A stretch of DNA of 64,000 nt from a virus. Lineage: Duplodnaviria > Caudoviricetes. Positions 48,103-56,759 of the stretch are shown here, in pieces. Location: positions 1 through 64,000 of IMG/VR virus record IMGVR_UViG_3300028832_000127; one strand, 5' to 3'. The notes beneath the pieces were generated by a model that saw only the letters and a list, made by a program, of their open reading frames with translations, was not told the origin of the DNA and searched no databases. The position numbers were made by a program, and so were the translations under genes. Position 1 is the stretch's first letter. Each line of letters opens with the position of its first letter.

Positions 48103-48495
48103 TTAGCCGTTTTGGGTTGTTTCCGTGGTTGTGCCGTCCGTGGTGTCCGTGCCTGTCGTTTCGGGTGTTTCCTCGTTGTCAGGCTCTAAAAGCGCGTCCA
48201 ACTTGTCGTACATGTCCGCCTTGCTCTCGAAGAAGTCCCACTTTCTGCTGCCCATCGTGTAGTCGTTGTTCTCGGTCTCCGACGGCGAAACATTCAGGAA
48301 CACTTCGCCGCTGCGGTATGCCACACGGTTAACGATGCCGTGGCGTATGCGTATCTCCGCCTTTTCCGCCCTGACGCAGAACACCTCGTCGCCCCTCTCG
48401 AACTGCTCCGAAATGCGCTCCATCTCGTCGAACTGACCGTCCACCTTGTCGTGGTCTGCGCGTATAAGGTCTGTTATAGTCGTGTTTTCTGCCAT
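48103..48495 (-). CDS. Acidic hypothetical protein
   Basis: 130 aa ORF upstream of the holin. Confidence 0.65.
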   Translation of the reverse strand: MAENTTITDLIRADHDKVDGQFDEMERISEQFERGDEVFCVRAEKAEIRIRHGIVNRVAYRSGEVFLNVSPSETENNDYTMGSRKWDFFESKADMYDKLDALLEPDNEETPETTGTDTTDGTTTETTQNG

Positions 48496-48619
48496 TTTTC
48501 GTGGTTTTATTGGTTAACGTCTGCGCAAAGTTAAGGGAAGAAATGCGGCGTAAAAAGTTAGGATATTTGCCTACTTGAAAAATGTAAACAAATTAACTTT
48601 TTTTAACTCAAAATGTTTT

Positions 48620-48700
48620 TCGATTTATGAAACATTTTATATATTTGCATCGTTAAACAAATAGAAACAAAAAAACACTAACACTTAATATATAGGCTTA
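48620..48700 (+). promoter_or_regulatory. Short variant of the repeated promoter (copy G)
   Basis: TTTATGAAACATTTTATATATTTG...ACACTAAC. Confidence 0.8.
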
Positions 48701-48936
48701 TGAAAAAGATACACATTTTTGAAACGGGCGACGCATCAGTCGGCATCCAAGGACAGACCATTGCGACGCTTCAAATTGAGGACGAGTACATAACTCCAAT
48801 ATTAGAGGAGGAGGACGGCTTGTCAAATCTTAACGAATTTGAAAAAAAGTTGGCACAATTAGTAGAACAATATTTTGGTGCTGACACAAAAATAGACGTT
48901 GAGGACGACATCACCCCCACGCCTGATTGGTACTAA
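48700..48936 (+). CDS. Very acidic small protein
   Basis: 78 aa, rich in Asp/Glu. Confidence 0.7.
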   Translation: MKKIHIFETGDASVGIQGQTIATLQIEDEYITPILEEEDGLSNLNEFEKKLAQLVEQYFGADTKIDVEDDITPTPDWY

Positions 48937-48957
48937 CTATCTAAAACATCAAAGAAA

Positions 48958-49305
48958 ATGAACACGAACAGAACAAAATTTTGCCGCAATTTGACGGCAG
49001 CCGAGCGCAAAGAGTTAAAAAAGGTCGGCGAGATTGACGGCATCGACAACACCGCGCCGTTGCTGTCTTGGTGTCATCAGAAAAAGACAAAAGACCGCGA
49101 TTTTGACAACGCAATATACTTCTTTGAGGTATGGGCAAACTGCCTTATGTTGGATTACGTTGCCACGGCGGGCGGCATCGTGATTGTCATGCAGACGGCG
49201 GGCGGCGTGGAGAGGCTGTACCACTTTGAGGAGAGCGAATACGCCGAGGCTATCGACTTTTACAACAAGATGCAGGTGGCTCTCGAAAAAAACAACAATT
49301 TTTAA
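48958..49305 (+). CDS. Hypothetical protein
   Basis: 115 aa ORF. Confidence 0.7.
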   Translation: MNTNRTKFCRNLTAAERKELKKVGEIDGIDNTAPLLSWCHQKKTKDRDFDNAIYFFEVWANCLMLDYVATAGGIVIVMQTAGGVERLYHFEESEYAEAIDFYNKMQVALEKNNNF

Positions 49306-49319
49306 CAAAGGAGGCAATT

Positions 49320-49438
49320 ATGCACGAAGTACCCCCAAACTATTTGGTAGAGGTTGAGCCGTTTGGCACTCTACTTCGCAAAGAGGCTGCGCCTAACGTA
49401 CACAGATGTACGGGCTGCGTCGGACTAATAAACGCTCC
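49320..49438 (+). pseudogene. 3'-truncated copy of gene 55638-55859
   Basis: Nearly identical DNA including the AAAGGAGGCAATTATG leader; homology stops at 49438. Confidence 0.85.
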
Positions 49439-49440
49439 CG

Positions 49441-49639
49441 TAGCCTCCGCCCACTTGATGTAGCGAGTGGTGCAGGCGAGGTTTGGCACTACCCACATAT
49501 ATACGCAGACAATTTCCTTGAAAAATGGGGCGCAGAGGTCGAGCATCACAATGCTGTCCTTGCCTGTCGCCGAGTGGAACAGCAAAATTTTGTCTGTCTG
49601 TTCCGCAATCCTTTTGATGCAGTCTGTCGCTTTACTCAT
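49441..49639 (-). pseudogene. 3'-truncated paralogue of the PAPS-reductase-like gene
   Basis: MSKATDCIKRIAEQTDKILLFHSATGKDS...WAEA colinear with 10022-10220, then breaks. Confidence 0.9.
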
Positions 49640-49820
49640 GTTATAATGTGTATTGATTTCGGTGCAAAGATAGGGGGCGGGGACGGATTGTAAAAGTTGC
49701 TTTGATTGTGCAATTAATTAACATCTTTTAAGTATTTTATTTTGGTAGATTGTAACATTTATAATAATTTTGCGTTATAGAAAATAGAAAACAAAGTTAC
49801 TAACTTAAACACTTAAAGAA

Positions 49821-50066
49821 ATGAAAGAAGTTGACAATATCAAAAACGTTGATTTTTCAAATTGCGGCGGCGTATTGGATATGCAAGAGGCAATTTTGAG
49901 CGAATATTTTGGCGACAGGTTTCGTGCCGACGCAAACGGTACTTTTGTAAACCGCACAAACCAAAATTATTATTCTGCAACGACCTTGCAACTTTGCGAC
50001 AAAGAAGATGCAGAATGGCATTTTCAGGGCGCAGTCAAGGGCGGTTTCTACATAAAGACATTGTAA
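49821..50066 (+). CDS. Hypothetical protein after divergent promoter variant H
   Basis: 81 aa; TAATTTTG box and leader similar to the repeat family. Confidence 0.7.
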   Translation: MKEVDNIKNVDFSNCGGVLDMQEAILSEYFGDRFRADANGTFVNRTNQNYYSATTLQLCDKEDAEWHFQGAVKGGFYIKTL

Positions 50067-50107
50067 ACCACGGGCGGCACACCACCGCCCACAAAACACA
50101 AACGAAA

Positions 50108-50563
50108 ATGGCAAAGAAACAAATAAGCGAGGATTACGTCTTATTTAAGACCGCCGAACTTCTGAAACAAAAGGGGTTTGACGAGCCGACAATAGGCTAT
50201 TACATCGCCGAAACATCGCAATATATGGGACAGACCTTCAAGCGAGGCGAGTTTGCAGAGTCAATTTCAAGAGTTCCGTGGAATCACGGCATCAAGGAGA
50301 CAGGCGTACAACACCTTGCCGCCCCTACTGTGCAAATGACTATCGAATGGCTGCGCGTGAGGTACGGTCTGTTTGTTACCGTAAAATTCGACGGCTGCAC
50401 CGACAAGACACACCAATATTATTTCACCGTGCAATGGGTGGGAGAGGGCGAGCCGACTTATGCGCGTGAAAAATTAGACGGGCTTGGGCGTTTTCTGCGG
50501 CACGAAACGCCGTCAGACGCTTACAGAGCCGCAATAGACGAAGTATTAACCAAAATAATATAA
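50108..50563 (+). CDS. Hypothetical phage protein
   Basis: EDYVLFKTAELLKQKGFD...APTVQMTIEWLR resembles a common Bacteroides phage family. Confidence 0.7.
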   Translation: MAKKQISEDYVLFKTAELLKQKGFDEPTIGYYIAETSQYMGQTFKRGEFAESISRVPWNHGIKETGVQHLAAPTVQMTIEWLRVRYGLFVTVKFDGCTDKTHQYYFTVQWVGEGEPTYAREKLDGLGRFLRHETPSDAYRAAIDEVLTKII

Positions 50564-50791
50564 ACGTACGGCGACATCTTGCAAGACGACGATGATTGGA
50601 AATTTGTCGTATTTTGGAATGAAATGTATATGGAGTGGGCGTACCGCCGTATTGACACGGGACAAACGTTTGCCTTCGCAATGTCGTCACAGGCACTCCG
50701 CCACTTTACGGTGGTGGGCAACATTCACGACAACTCCGAAATGTTAACCGCTAAAACACTACAAGAATGTACGATATACGAAAGGAAATAA
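50564..50791 (+). pseudogene. 5'-truncated YopX fragment
   Basis: GDILQ...VVFW...VVGNIHDNSEML with no ATG start; 19 bp identity 50568-50586 with 57494-57512. Confidence 0.65.
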
Positions 50792-51360
50792 TCAACACCC
50801 TCGCCGTCCTGAACCTTAACCGCTCGCAGTTCTGCAAGAAGTTCGGCTTCGACCTGCCGAACTTCTCAACATTCCTCAATGGCGGCAACACCCTCGGCAC
50901 GGACAAGATACAGCAAATTTTCAACATTCTCGCCACCGAAAAAGAGAAGTTGCGGTGGTTTGAGATAACATTACTTCTCGCTAACGGCAACCGCCTGAAC
51001 GTGCGCGTGGAGGCGATAGACGGCGACACGGCAATAAAGCGCATCAGCCGACAGCCTGAATTTCTGCAAATGCTGCATCAACTGGGCGACGCAGAAATTA
51101 TCAGCACGACATTCAAGGAATTTAAACCGCCGAAACTTGACCCTAAAAACTACGTATTGCAGCCGTCCGAGGACGAGGGCTGGTGGGTAGTTACGGACAC
51201 GGTGCGCAATATCGTGTGCAAGTTCCACGAGGGCAACTTCAACAACACGCAGACGATAACGCCGCTTTTCGACAGCACCGACATCGACGAATTAGACCAC
51301 GCCACGGCGATGAGGCAGATGGGCGACTTTATCCACGACTACCACAAGGAATTGCTCTAA
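50767..51360 (+). CDS. XRE-HTH protein fused to a C-terminal phage domain
   Basis: LNRSQFCKKFG...FSTFLNG; C-terminal LQPS...WWVVTDT...VCKFHEGNFN.TQ. Confidence 0.7.
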   Translation: MYDIRKEIINTLAVLNLNRSQFCKKFGFDLPNFSTFLNGGNTLGTDKIQQIFNILATEKEKLRWFEITLLLANGNRLNVRVEAIDGDTAIKRISRQPEFLQMLHQLGDAEIISTTFKEFKPPKLDPKNYVLQPSEDEGWWVVTDTVRNIVCKFHEGNFNNTQTITPLFDSTDIDELDHATAMRQMGDFIHDYHKELL

Positions 51361-51375
51361 CTCCCATAAAAGCGA

Positions 51376-51411
51376 CCGCCACACGCAGGGGACACCCCTA
51401 CAATGTGGCGG
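51376..51411. terminator. Long GC hairpin, probably a bidirectional terminator
   Basis: CCGCCACA...AGGGG-ACA-CCCCT...TGTGGCGG. Confidence 0.65.
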
Positions 51412-51676
51412 CTTTCCTTATCTGTGTAGATACGGGGTTTTCCCAGGCTTTTTAGAATGTGGATGATGTTAATCGGCTGCAAATATACAAAACCCTTCCG
51501 CCGTTGCAAAGTCGCAACAAAACGCAGGGCGCGATATGTGCCAAGACAGACCGCGCCCCGAAACTCTCACCGTTTGCGGCGGAGCATCTTTAACAAGGCA
51601 ACTTGTACCATTTCGCGGTACAGCCTCATCGTCCCGAATGTAAAGTGCAATCAACTTCCTGACGTCAGCAAAATGA

Positions 51677-52144
51677 TTACAGGTATTTGTAGTGCTGTTT
51701 TCCGCAGTTGCACTTGGGGCATACCGCCTCGGCGACCAAGGGGTACATTCCCTCGCCTATCTCGCCCTGAATGTATGCAGATTTCTCGCCGTCCGTGGCA
51801 TACCCGAACCGCTCGCAGATGTGCGCCGTCAGGTGGTTGATTTCGTGGGTTACAGTGTTGAACAATTCGGCGTAATTGGTTGCGTGTGATATGGCGATGA
51901 GGGAAAAGCATTTGCCGCTGTCCGTGAATATGTAGCCCGTGTTTGGCTTGCATAAGGTTTCCACGGCGTTCCGCGCCCTCTCACGCCCCGCACCTGCCGA
52001 TAATATCGCACCCCACACCTTGTCCAAGTCCTTGTCCGTGTTGATGCCGCAATAGACCATCACCCACCACGGCTGCGGTATTTCCTTTTTTACGTAAAAG
52101 CCCTGTTCTATCATTTTTTTATCTCCTTTTTTACCATACTCCAA
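51677..52144 (-). CDS. HExxH zincin-like protein, last gene of the CCC operon
   Basis: TVTHEINHL...EKSAYIQG. Confidence 0.65.
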   Translation of the reverse strand: MEYGKKGDKKMIEQGFYVKKEIPQPWWVMVYCGINTDKDLDKVWGAILSAGAGRERARNAVETLCKPNTGYIFTDSGKCFSLIAISHATNYAELFNTVTHEINHLTAHICERFGYATDGEKSAYIQGEIGEGMYPLVAEAVCPKCNCGKQHYKYL

Positions 52145-52356
52145 AACTCTGTTTTTCAGGTCTTTGCGCCGTTCTTATCTTTTTATTTGATTTTCTGCCA
52201 CAAAAAGGAAAATAAAAACCGCCAAAAATCTGATTTGCAGCGTTTTGTTTAACTTGCCTACAACTTGCCGAAACGTCCAATATTGCGTCCAATTCCGCCG
52301 CCTTTTTGGACGTATTCTTGGTCATTTCAAACGGTTACAAAATGTCACCGTTTGAA

Positions 52357-52755
52357 TTAGATGTAGTTTTCCCAAAATATTGGGACACGCATCGCGCACA
52401 TTTTCGCCGTGAAGCACTCCAACACCGCCGACGGTGTGCAGTCGGGGTCGCAGATTGTCTCCTCGACAAACGCCGCCCTCGCCTCATCGGTCTTTAATGA
52501 CTTGGGGTAGTCGGCAAGCGACATATTGTAGAGATACCACGCCGTGTATTCCGCGCCGTCGGGCAGTCTGACATTGTTTTCTTTCAGGATTTCGCGCACG
52601 TCCGCCCATTCCACAGACTGCAACTTCTTCAACTTGCCCGTGGTGGGGTCTGCGGTCTGCATGTTGCCAATCGCCCACTCCGCCAACCGTTTCGAGAAGA
52701 ACCCGTGGTTGTTGTCCTCATAGGCTGCGCGCCCCTCGCTTATGTATTCCTTCAT
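52357..52755 (-). CDS. Conserved hypothetical protein (CCC operon)
   Basis: Start moved to MKEYISEG; NHGFFSKRLAEWA...YNMSLADY...ICDPD. Confidence 0.7.
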   Translation of the reverse strand: MKEYISEGRAAYEDNNHGFFSKRLAEWAIGNMQTADPTTGKLKKLQSVEWADVREILKENNVRLPDGAEYTAWYLYNMSLADYPKSLKTDEARAAFVEETICDPDCTPSAVLECFTAKMCAMRVPIFWENYI

Positions 52756-52850
52756 TTGATTGCCATATTTAAAAAAAGGCGGTCGGCACACGTACCAACC
52801 GCCCCAAACATTTAACAATAATTATAATTGAAAAACAAAAAAGGACTTAA

Positions 52851-53084
52851 TTACAAGTATCGTCCCGAGCCGCGACCGCTGCGGAACTCATCGTCTTTCT
52901 CCGCCTCGCAGTCCTCGAAACCGTGCTTGTAGCCCTCGCGGTAGCCGTCCTCGTAGGACATCATTCCGCTGTTGTTGCGGTAGTAGCCGCCACCGCTGCG
53001 CCTGCGCCTCATCTCTTCGCGCATTTGGGAACGCATCTGCGACTGACCGCCCTGACCGTCCCTGTCAACAAAAATGTAGCTCAT
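52851..53084 (-). CDS. Low-complexity Gly/Arg/Tyr-rich small protein (CCC operon)
   Basis: MRRRRSGGGYY...YEDGYREGYKHGFED. Confidence 0.7.
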   Translation of the reverse strand: MSYIFVDRDGQGGQSQMRSQMREEMRRRRSGGGYYRNNSGMMSYEDGYREGYKHGFEDCEAEKDDEFRSGRGSGRYL

Positions 53085-53090
53085 AGTTCC

Positions 53091-53636
53091 TTATGGTTTT
53101 TTGGGGTTCTCACCCGTCAGTTTTTTGAGCATCGCAAGCATCTGCGCGTTGTCGGTTTCAAGTTTTGCGAACCTCTTGGACATATCAGAATAGCCTTTTT
53201 CAAGGTCGGAAATGGTCTGCGCCTGTTTCTTCTCCTCCGCGTATTTGGGGTTCAAGACTTCAAGCATCTTGTCGCCCTCGGCTATCATCGTCTTGTGGTA
53301 TTCCACATCGCCCAACGCCTTTTTGGACTGAGAGATGAGGCTGTCAATCACCGAAATCATAGCGTCCCGACTGCCCGAAAACACCTTGTCGCCTGACTGA
53401 GCGACCTCGACGTTGAAAGGAATGTCCGTAAATGTCTCGTCCCTGCCGTCTATTGTCGCCGTGACGTTTATTACTTGCTGTATGTTCGTGCCGTTGAAAG
53501 CCGTGGGGACGGATTGCGCCTGATACTTCGGCTGCGGCTGCGTCTTTGACTTCACCGTGCCGATTTGCAGGGCGGGTGTCCCCGACTTCCTAAGCACATA
53601 GAACGGAGAACCGTTCACTAACGAGTTGAAATCCAT
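53091..53636 (-). CDS. Beta-domain plus coiled-coil protein (CCC operon)
   Basis: 181 aa; beta-rich N-terminal half and heptad-rich C-terminal half. Confidence 0.75.
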   Translation of the reverse strand: MDFNSLVNGSPFYVLRKSGTPALQIGTVKSKTQPQPKYQAQSVPTAFNGTNIQQVINVTATIDGRDETFTDIPFNVEVAQSGDKVFSGSRDAMISVIDSLISQSKKALGDVEYHKTMIAEGDKMLEVLNPKYAEEKKQAQTISDLEKGYSDMSKRFAKLETDNAQMLAMLKKLTGENPKKP

Positions 53637-53661
53637 TGTTATTTACTTTGTTTAGTTGAGT

Positions 53662-54024
53662 TTAAGCACCGCCGCTTGCCGCCGCAGGTGCCGTCTGTAT
53701 CAGTTGCAGTATTCCGTTGTACTTGTCGTTGAAAACGAGCAAAACGCCCGTGCCTGACAAGTCCGCGACCGTTACAGCCGCGCCGCCAAAATACGTGAGC
53801 GGTCTCGTCGTGCCGTTGAGCGTCAGGCTGACGGGCAGCGTCCCCGTCGTTCCCGTAGGGATTGCGCTTGTCACCCTGACCACGAACAAACCGACGGGCG
53901 ACAAGGGTCTGAAACCAAGGGCGAGGTTAACCGCCGTGTCAGACACAAGCACGTTTGTCGTCGGGATGTACGGAACGCCCTCCGTGTTTGCCGTTATGAT
54001 GTTGTTACACGCCATATTTCTCAC
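53662..54024 (-). CDS. Small beta-rich protein (CCC operon)
   Basis: Alternating hydrophobic pattern, Thr/Gly/Val rich. Confidence 0.75.
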   Translation of the reverse strand: MRNMACNNIITANTEGVPYIPTTNVLVSDTAVNLALGFRPLSPVGLFVVRVTSAIPTGTTGTLPVSLTLNGTTRPLTYFGGAAVTVADLSGTGVLLVFNDKYNGILQLIQTAPAAASGGA

Positions 54025-54033
54025 GTTTTTAGG

Positions 54034-54990
54034 TTAGAAGTTGTAATAGTTGCCGTTTCCGTAGCCGTAGCCGAAACCGCCTGTGTAGGGGGTGTTGTTG
54101 ACAGCCACGAGGTTGGGGTATTGGACGGGGACGGTGTTGGGCATACGGTTCTCAATTTCCGTCACCTTGTTGGCGAGTGCCGAAATCTGCGCGTTGAGCG
54201 GAGCGACCGCCTGACCTACCACGCCCGCGAAGTAGTTGTTTTGGTTAGCCTGCGAAATCTCGCCCGAAAGTTTGGTGTTTTCCGCCCTTGCAGCGTCGAG
54301 TTTGTCTTGCAGCGTCTGCGTCTGCATCTCGGACAACTTGTTGAGGATAGCCTGAGTGTTGGCGTTTCCGCTGTTTTGGAGGGTGTTGGTCTGTTGACAG
54401 ATTGCGAGGGTGTCTGCTGCGCCAAATGCCGCCACCTGCTGCCCCACGCCGTTGATTGCAGACTGCAAGGCGTTGGTCTGATTGCAGATTGCCAACTTGT
54501 TTTCGCAACAGCAATTTGCGAACTGCGATGCGAGCGAGGAATTGCCCGCTTGGATTGCGTTCTGAATTTGCAGTGTTGACATTCCCTGCTGCGCTGCGAG
54601 GGTCGAAAGGCTGTTCTGTACGTTCTGCACGGCAGCGTTGACGGTTGCGTAGTCCTGACCGAGCATCGTCGCAAGGTTCTGAATTGCAGACCTTGACGCT
54701 TCACCGTTGCCGTTTATGGCGTTCATAAGAAGTTCACGTCCGCTGTCGTTGTTGAGTTGGTTTGCGAGGTATGCGCCGTTCATACCGTTGTTTCCGCCGA
54801 AGCCGAAGCCGCCGTTGCCCCAGCCGAAGATGCTCGCGATGATGGCGAACCCGAACAGGTCGAGGAGGTTGGTGTTTCCGTTGCCACCGAACAGACCGTT
54901 GCCGTTGCCTCCGATAGGAATGGAGAAGGGCAGTCCGCCGACATTTCCGCTGTTGCCTCCTCCGTCGGGGAGTTGATAGATTTCTGCCAT
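54034..54990 (-). CDS. Gly/Asn/Gln-rich helical protein with CCC motif
   Basis: Gly/Asn-rich N-terminus with a hydrophobic helix, FANCCCENKLAIC, long heptads, Tyr/Gly-rich tail; -7 box TAACTTTG upstream. Confidence 0.8.
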   Translation of the reverse strand: MAEIYQLPDGGGNSGNVGGLPFSIPIGGNGNGLFGGNGNTNLLDLFGFAIIASIFGWGNGGFGFGGNNGMNGAYLANQLNNDSGRELLMNAINGNGEASRSAIQNLATMLGQDYATVNAAVQNVQNSLSTLAAQQGMSTLQIQNAIQAGNSSLASQFANCCCENKLAICNQTNALQSAINGVGQQVAAFGAADTLAICQQTNTLQNSGNANTQAILNKLSEMQTQTLQDKLDAARAENTKLSGEISQANQNNYFAGVVGQAVAPLNAQISALANKVTEIENRMPNTVPVQYPNLVAVNNTPYTGGFGYGYGNGNYYNF

Positions 54991-55181
54991 TTGATTTTAG
55001 GTTTAAGTTGGTTTTATTAGGTTGATAATGTTGCTTGCAAGCGGTGGCAAAAGAACAGCATAAAAGAGGGGCGCAAAAGTCGGAGCGCGAGGGGCGGCGT
55101 TTAAGTTTAAGGCAAACACAAAGTTACAGCGAAAAAAAATTTATTGTTGGTTTTTCTTTTGTTTTTGGCGATGTTTTAAGG

Positions 55182-55442
55182 TTGTTGATTATTGCATCAA
55201 TACAGACAAAAAACACCCCTAAAATCGAAAATCTTAAAACATCATTATATATATATGTAAGTCAGAAACAAAGAAAATACAAAATATTTTCAAAATTTTT
55301 ATCTTTATAAAACACTGATTTTAAACAAGTTGAAAAATATTTTGTAAAAACCTACAAAAATATTTTTGATTTTATGAAACATTTTTAATAATTTTGCGTT
55401 TAAATAAGTACAAACAACAAACAAAGTAACTAACTTTTAAAA
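55182..55442 (+). repeat. Repeated promoter cassette, copy D
   Basis: Near-identical to copies B and C; 3' 127 bp identical to copy A. Confidence 0.95.
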
Positions 55443-55453
55443 CACTTACTAAA

Positions 55454-55621
55454 ATGAAAACAGACAACACAATGCCGAGATATACGGCGCAAGAGATTGC
55501 AGACGATTTTTTCACTGATGGCGTATTGTGGGACGTGTGGGGTCATTCGTCCTGCATTGAGGGCGACAAACTCAAAGTAACAACCCCCGACGGTGTGTCT
55601 TATTACGACATCAACAAGTAA
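55454..55621 (+). CDS. Small hypothetical protein (55 aa, not in track)
   Basis: MKTDNTMPRY...YDINK* directly after copy D. Confidence 0.65.
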   Translation: MKTDNTMPRYTAQEIADDFFTDGVLWDVWGHSSCIEGDKLKVTTPDGVSYYDINK

Positions 55622-55637
55622 AACAAAGGAGGCAATT

Positions 55638-55859
55638 ATGTACGAAGAACCACAAAACTATCACGAAGTACCACCAAACTATTTGGTAGAGGTTGAGCCG
55701 TTTGGCACTCTACTTTGCAAAGAGGCTGCGCCTAACGTACACAGATGTACGGGCTGCGTCGGACTTACAAACGCTCCTATTTGCCACATACTGAATTGCC
55801 GCGCAACGGCACGAAAAGACGGCAAAAATGTAATTTTAGTGCCGTACAAAGAGGATTAA
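55638..55859 (+). CDS. Small Cys-rich protein
   Basis: CTGCVG...CHILNCRATARKDGKNVIL; 21 bp tandem duplication at the 5' end. Confidence 0.7.
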   Translation: MYEEPQNYHEVPPNYLVEVEPFGTLLCKEAAPNVHRCTGCVGLTNAPICHILNCRATARKDGKNVILVPYKED

Positions 55860-55896
55860 CAACGGGGCGGCAACGCCCCACAAAAACAAATAGAAA

Positions 55897-56499
55897 ATGA
55901 AAGCGAAACATTTAGTACGTGGTAAAGACACCGTGACAGGCGCGTGGCGGGTCGGCTATCTTGTAATGATAGACGGCAAACCGCACATCATAGAAAACCG
56001 CGACATCAGCGAGGTGGGACACCACTTCCAACAAGATGGCGACAGACCAACGTGGGTTGCCCCCAAGACGGTGGGCAGCATTGCACCGCGCCAAGACACC
56101 GACGGCAAAAACGTTTTCGAGGGGGACGTGGTGGAGTACACCGACGAAATTTATTCATTCCGCATCCGTGCCTTCGTCGAGTACGGCGAGTTCAGGGCGG
56201 ACAATAGCGACGGCGAGTACGCGGGCGCGAGGGTGTACGGCTGGCACGTTTCGCTGATTTCGGCGACACCGCCCGAATGGGACAAGGAGGCAGAATTACC
56301 GCAATGGTTGAGGGTGCAGAGTTTGCTCGAAATTCCCGACTTCAAGGTCGTAAGCAACGAGTGGGATATGTCCGTTAATGCCCCCGTGGGCGGTATGAGC
56401 CAAAACACGGCAGAAGAACTGATTGAAAGGCTCGGCAAGGTACAGCGAACAATGCAGAAAACAGCAGAGAACGCGCTCCGCTATATCAACAACTATTAA
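55897..56499 (+). CDS. YopX-like protein
   Basis: RGKD..TGAWRVGYL...PKTVG...KNVFEGDVV. Confidence 0.7.
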   Translation: MKAKHLVRGKDTVTGAWRVGYLVMIDGKPHIIENRDISEVGHHFQQDGDRPTWVAPKTVGSIAPRQDTDGKNVFEGDVVEYTDEIYSFRIRAFVEYGEFRADNSDGEYAGARVYGWHVSLISATPPEWDKEAELPQWLRVQSLLEIPDFKVVSNEWDMSVNAPVGGMSQNTAEELIERLGKVQRTMQKTAENALRYINNY

Positions 56500-56595
56500 A
56501 AAGGCTGCAATTAACATTTTTTTTACAAAAATAATTTGATTTTTGTTTTGCGAAATCAAATTATTTGCTTAAATTTGCAGCATAAAACAAGACAC

Positions 56596-56737
56596 GATGG
56601 CTTAGTTTAAGCGTCCCAAGACGCTATATCCGACGAGTAGCCTACGGAGCGGTGCGGAGACACCGAGCAAGAGGCGAAAGGGAGACGAAAAAACGCCGCC
56701 GAAAGGGTGGACGATGCTGTGCGAGCCAGCAGCCATC
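56596..56737 (+). ncRNA. Candidate multibranched structured RNA or leader
   Basis: Closing stem GATGGCT/AGCCATC around hairpins AGCGTC/GACGCT, CGGTG/CACCG, GGCG/CGCC and TGCTG/CAGCA; starts just after a TAAATTTG box. Confidence 0.55.
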
Positions 56738-56759
56738 ACTAACAAAAAAAACAGACGCT

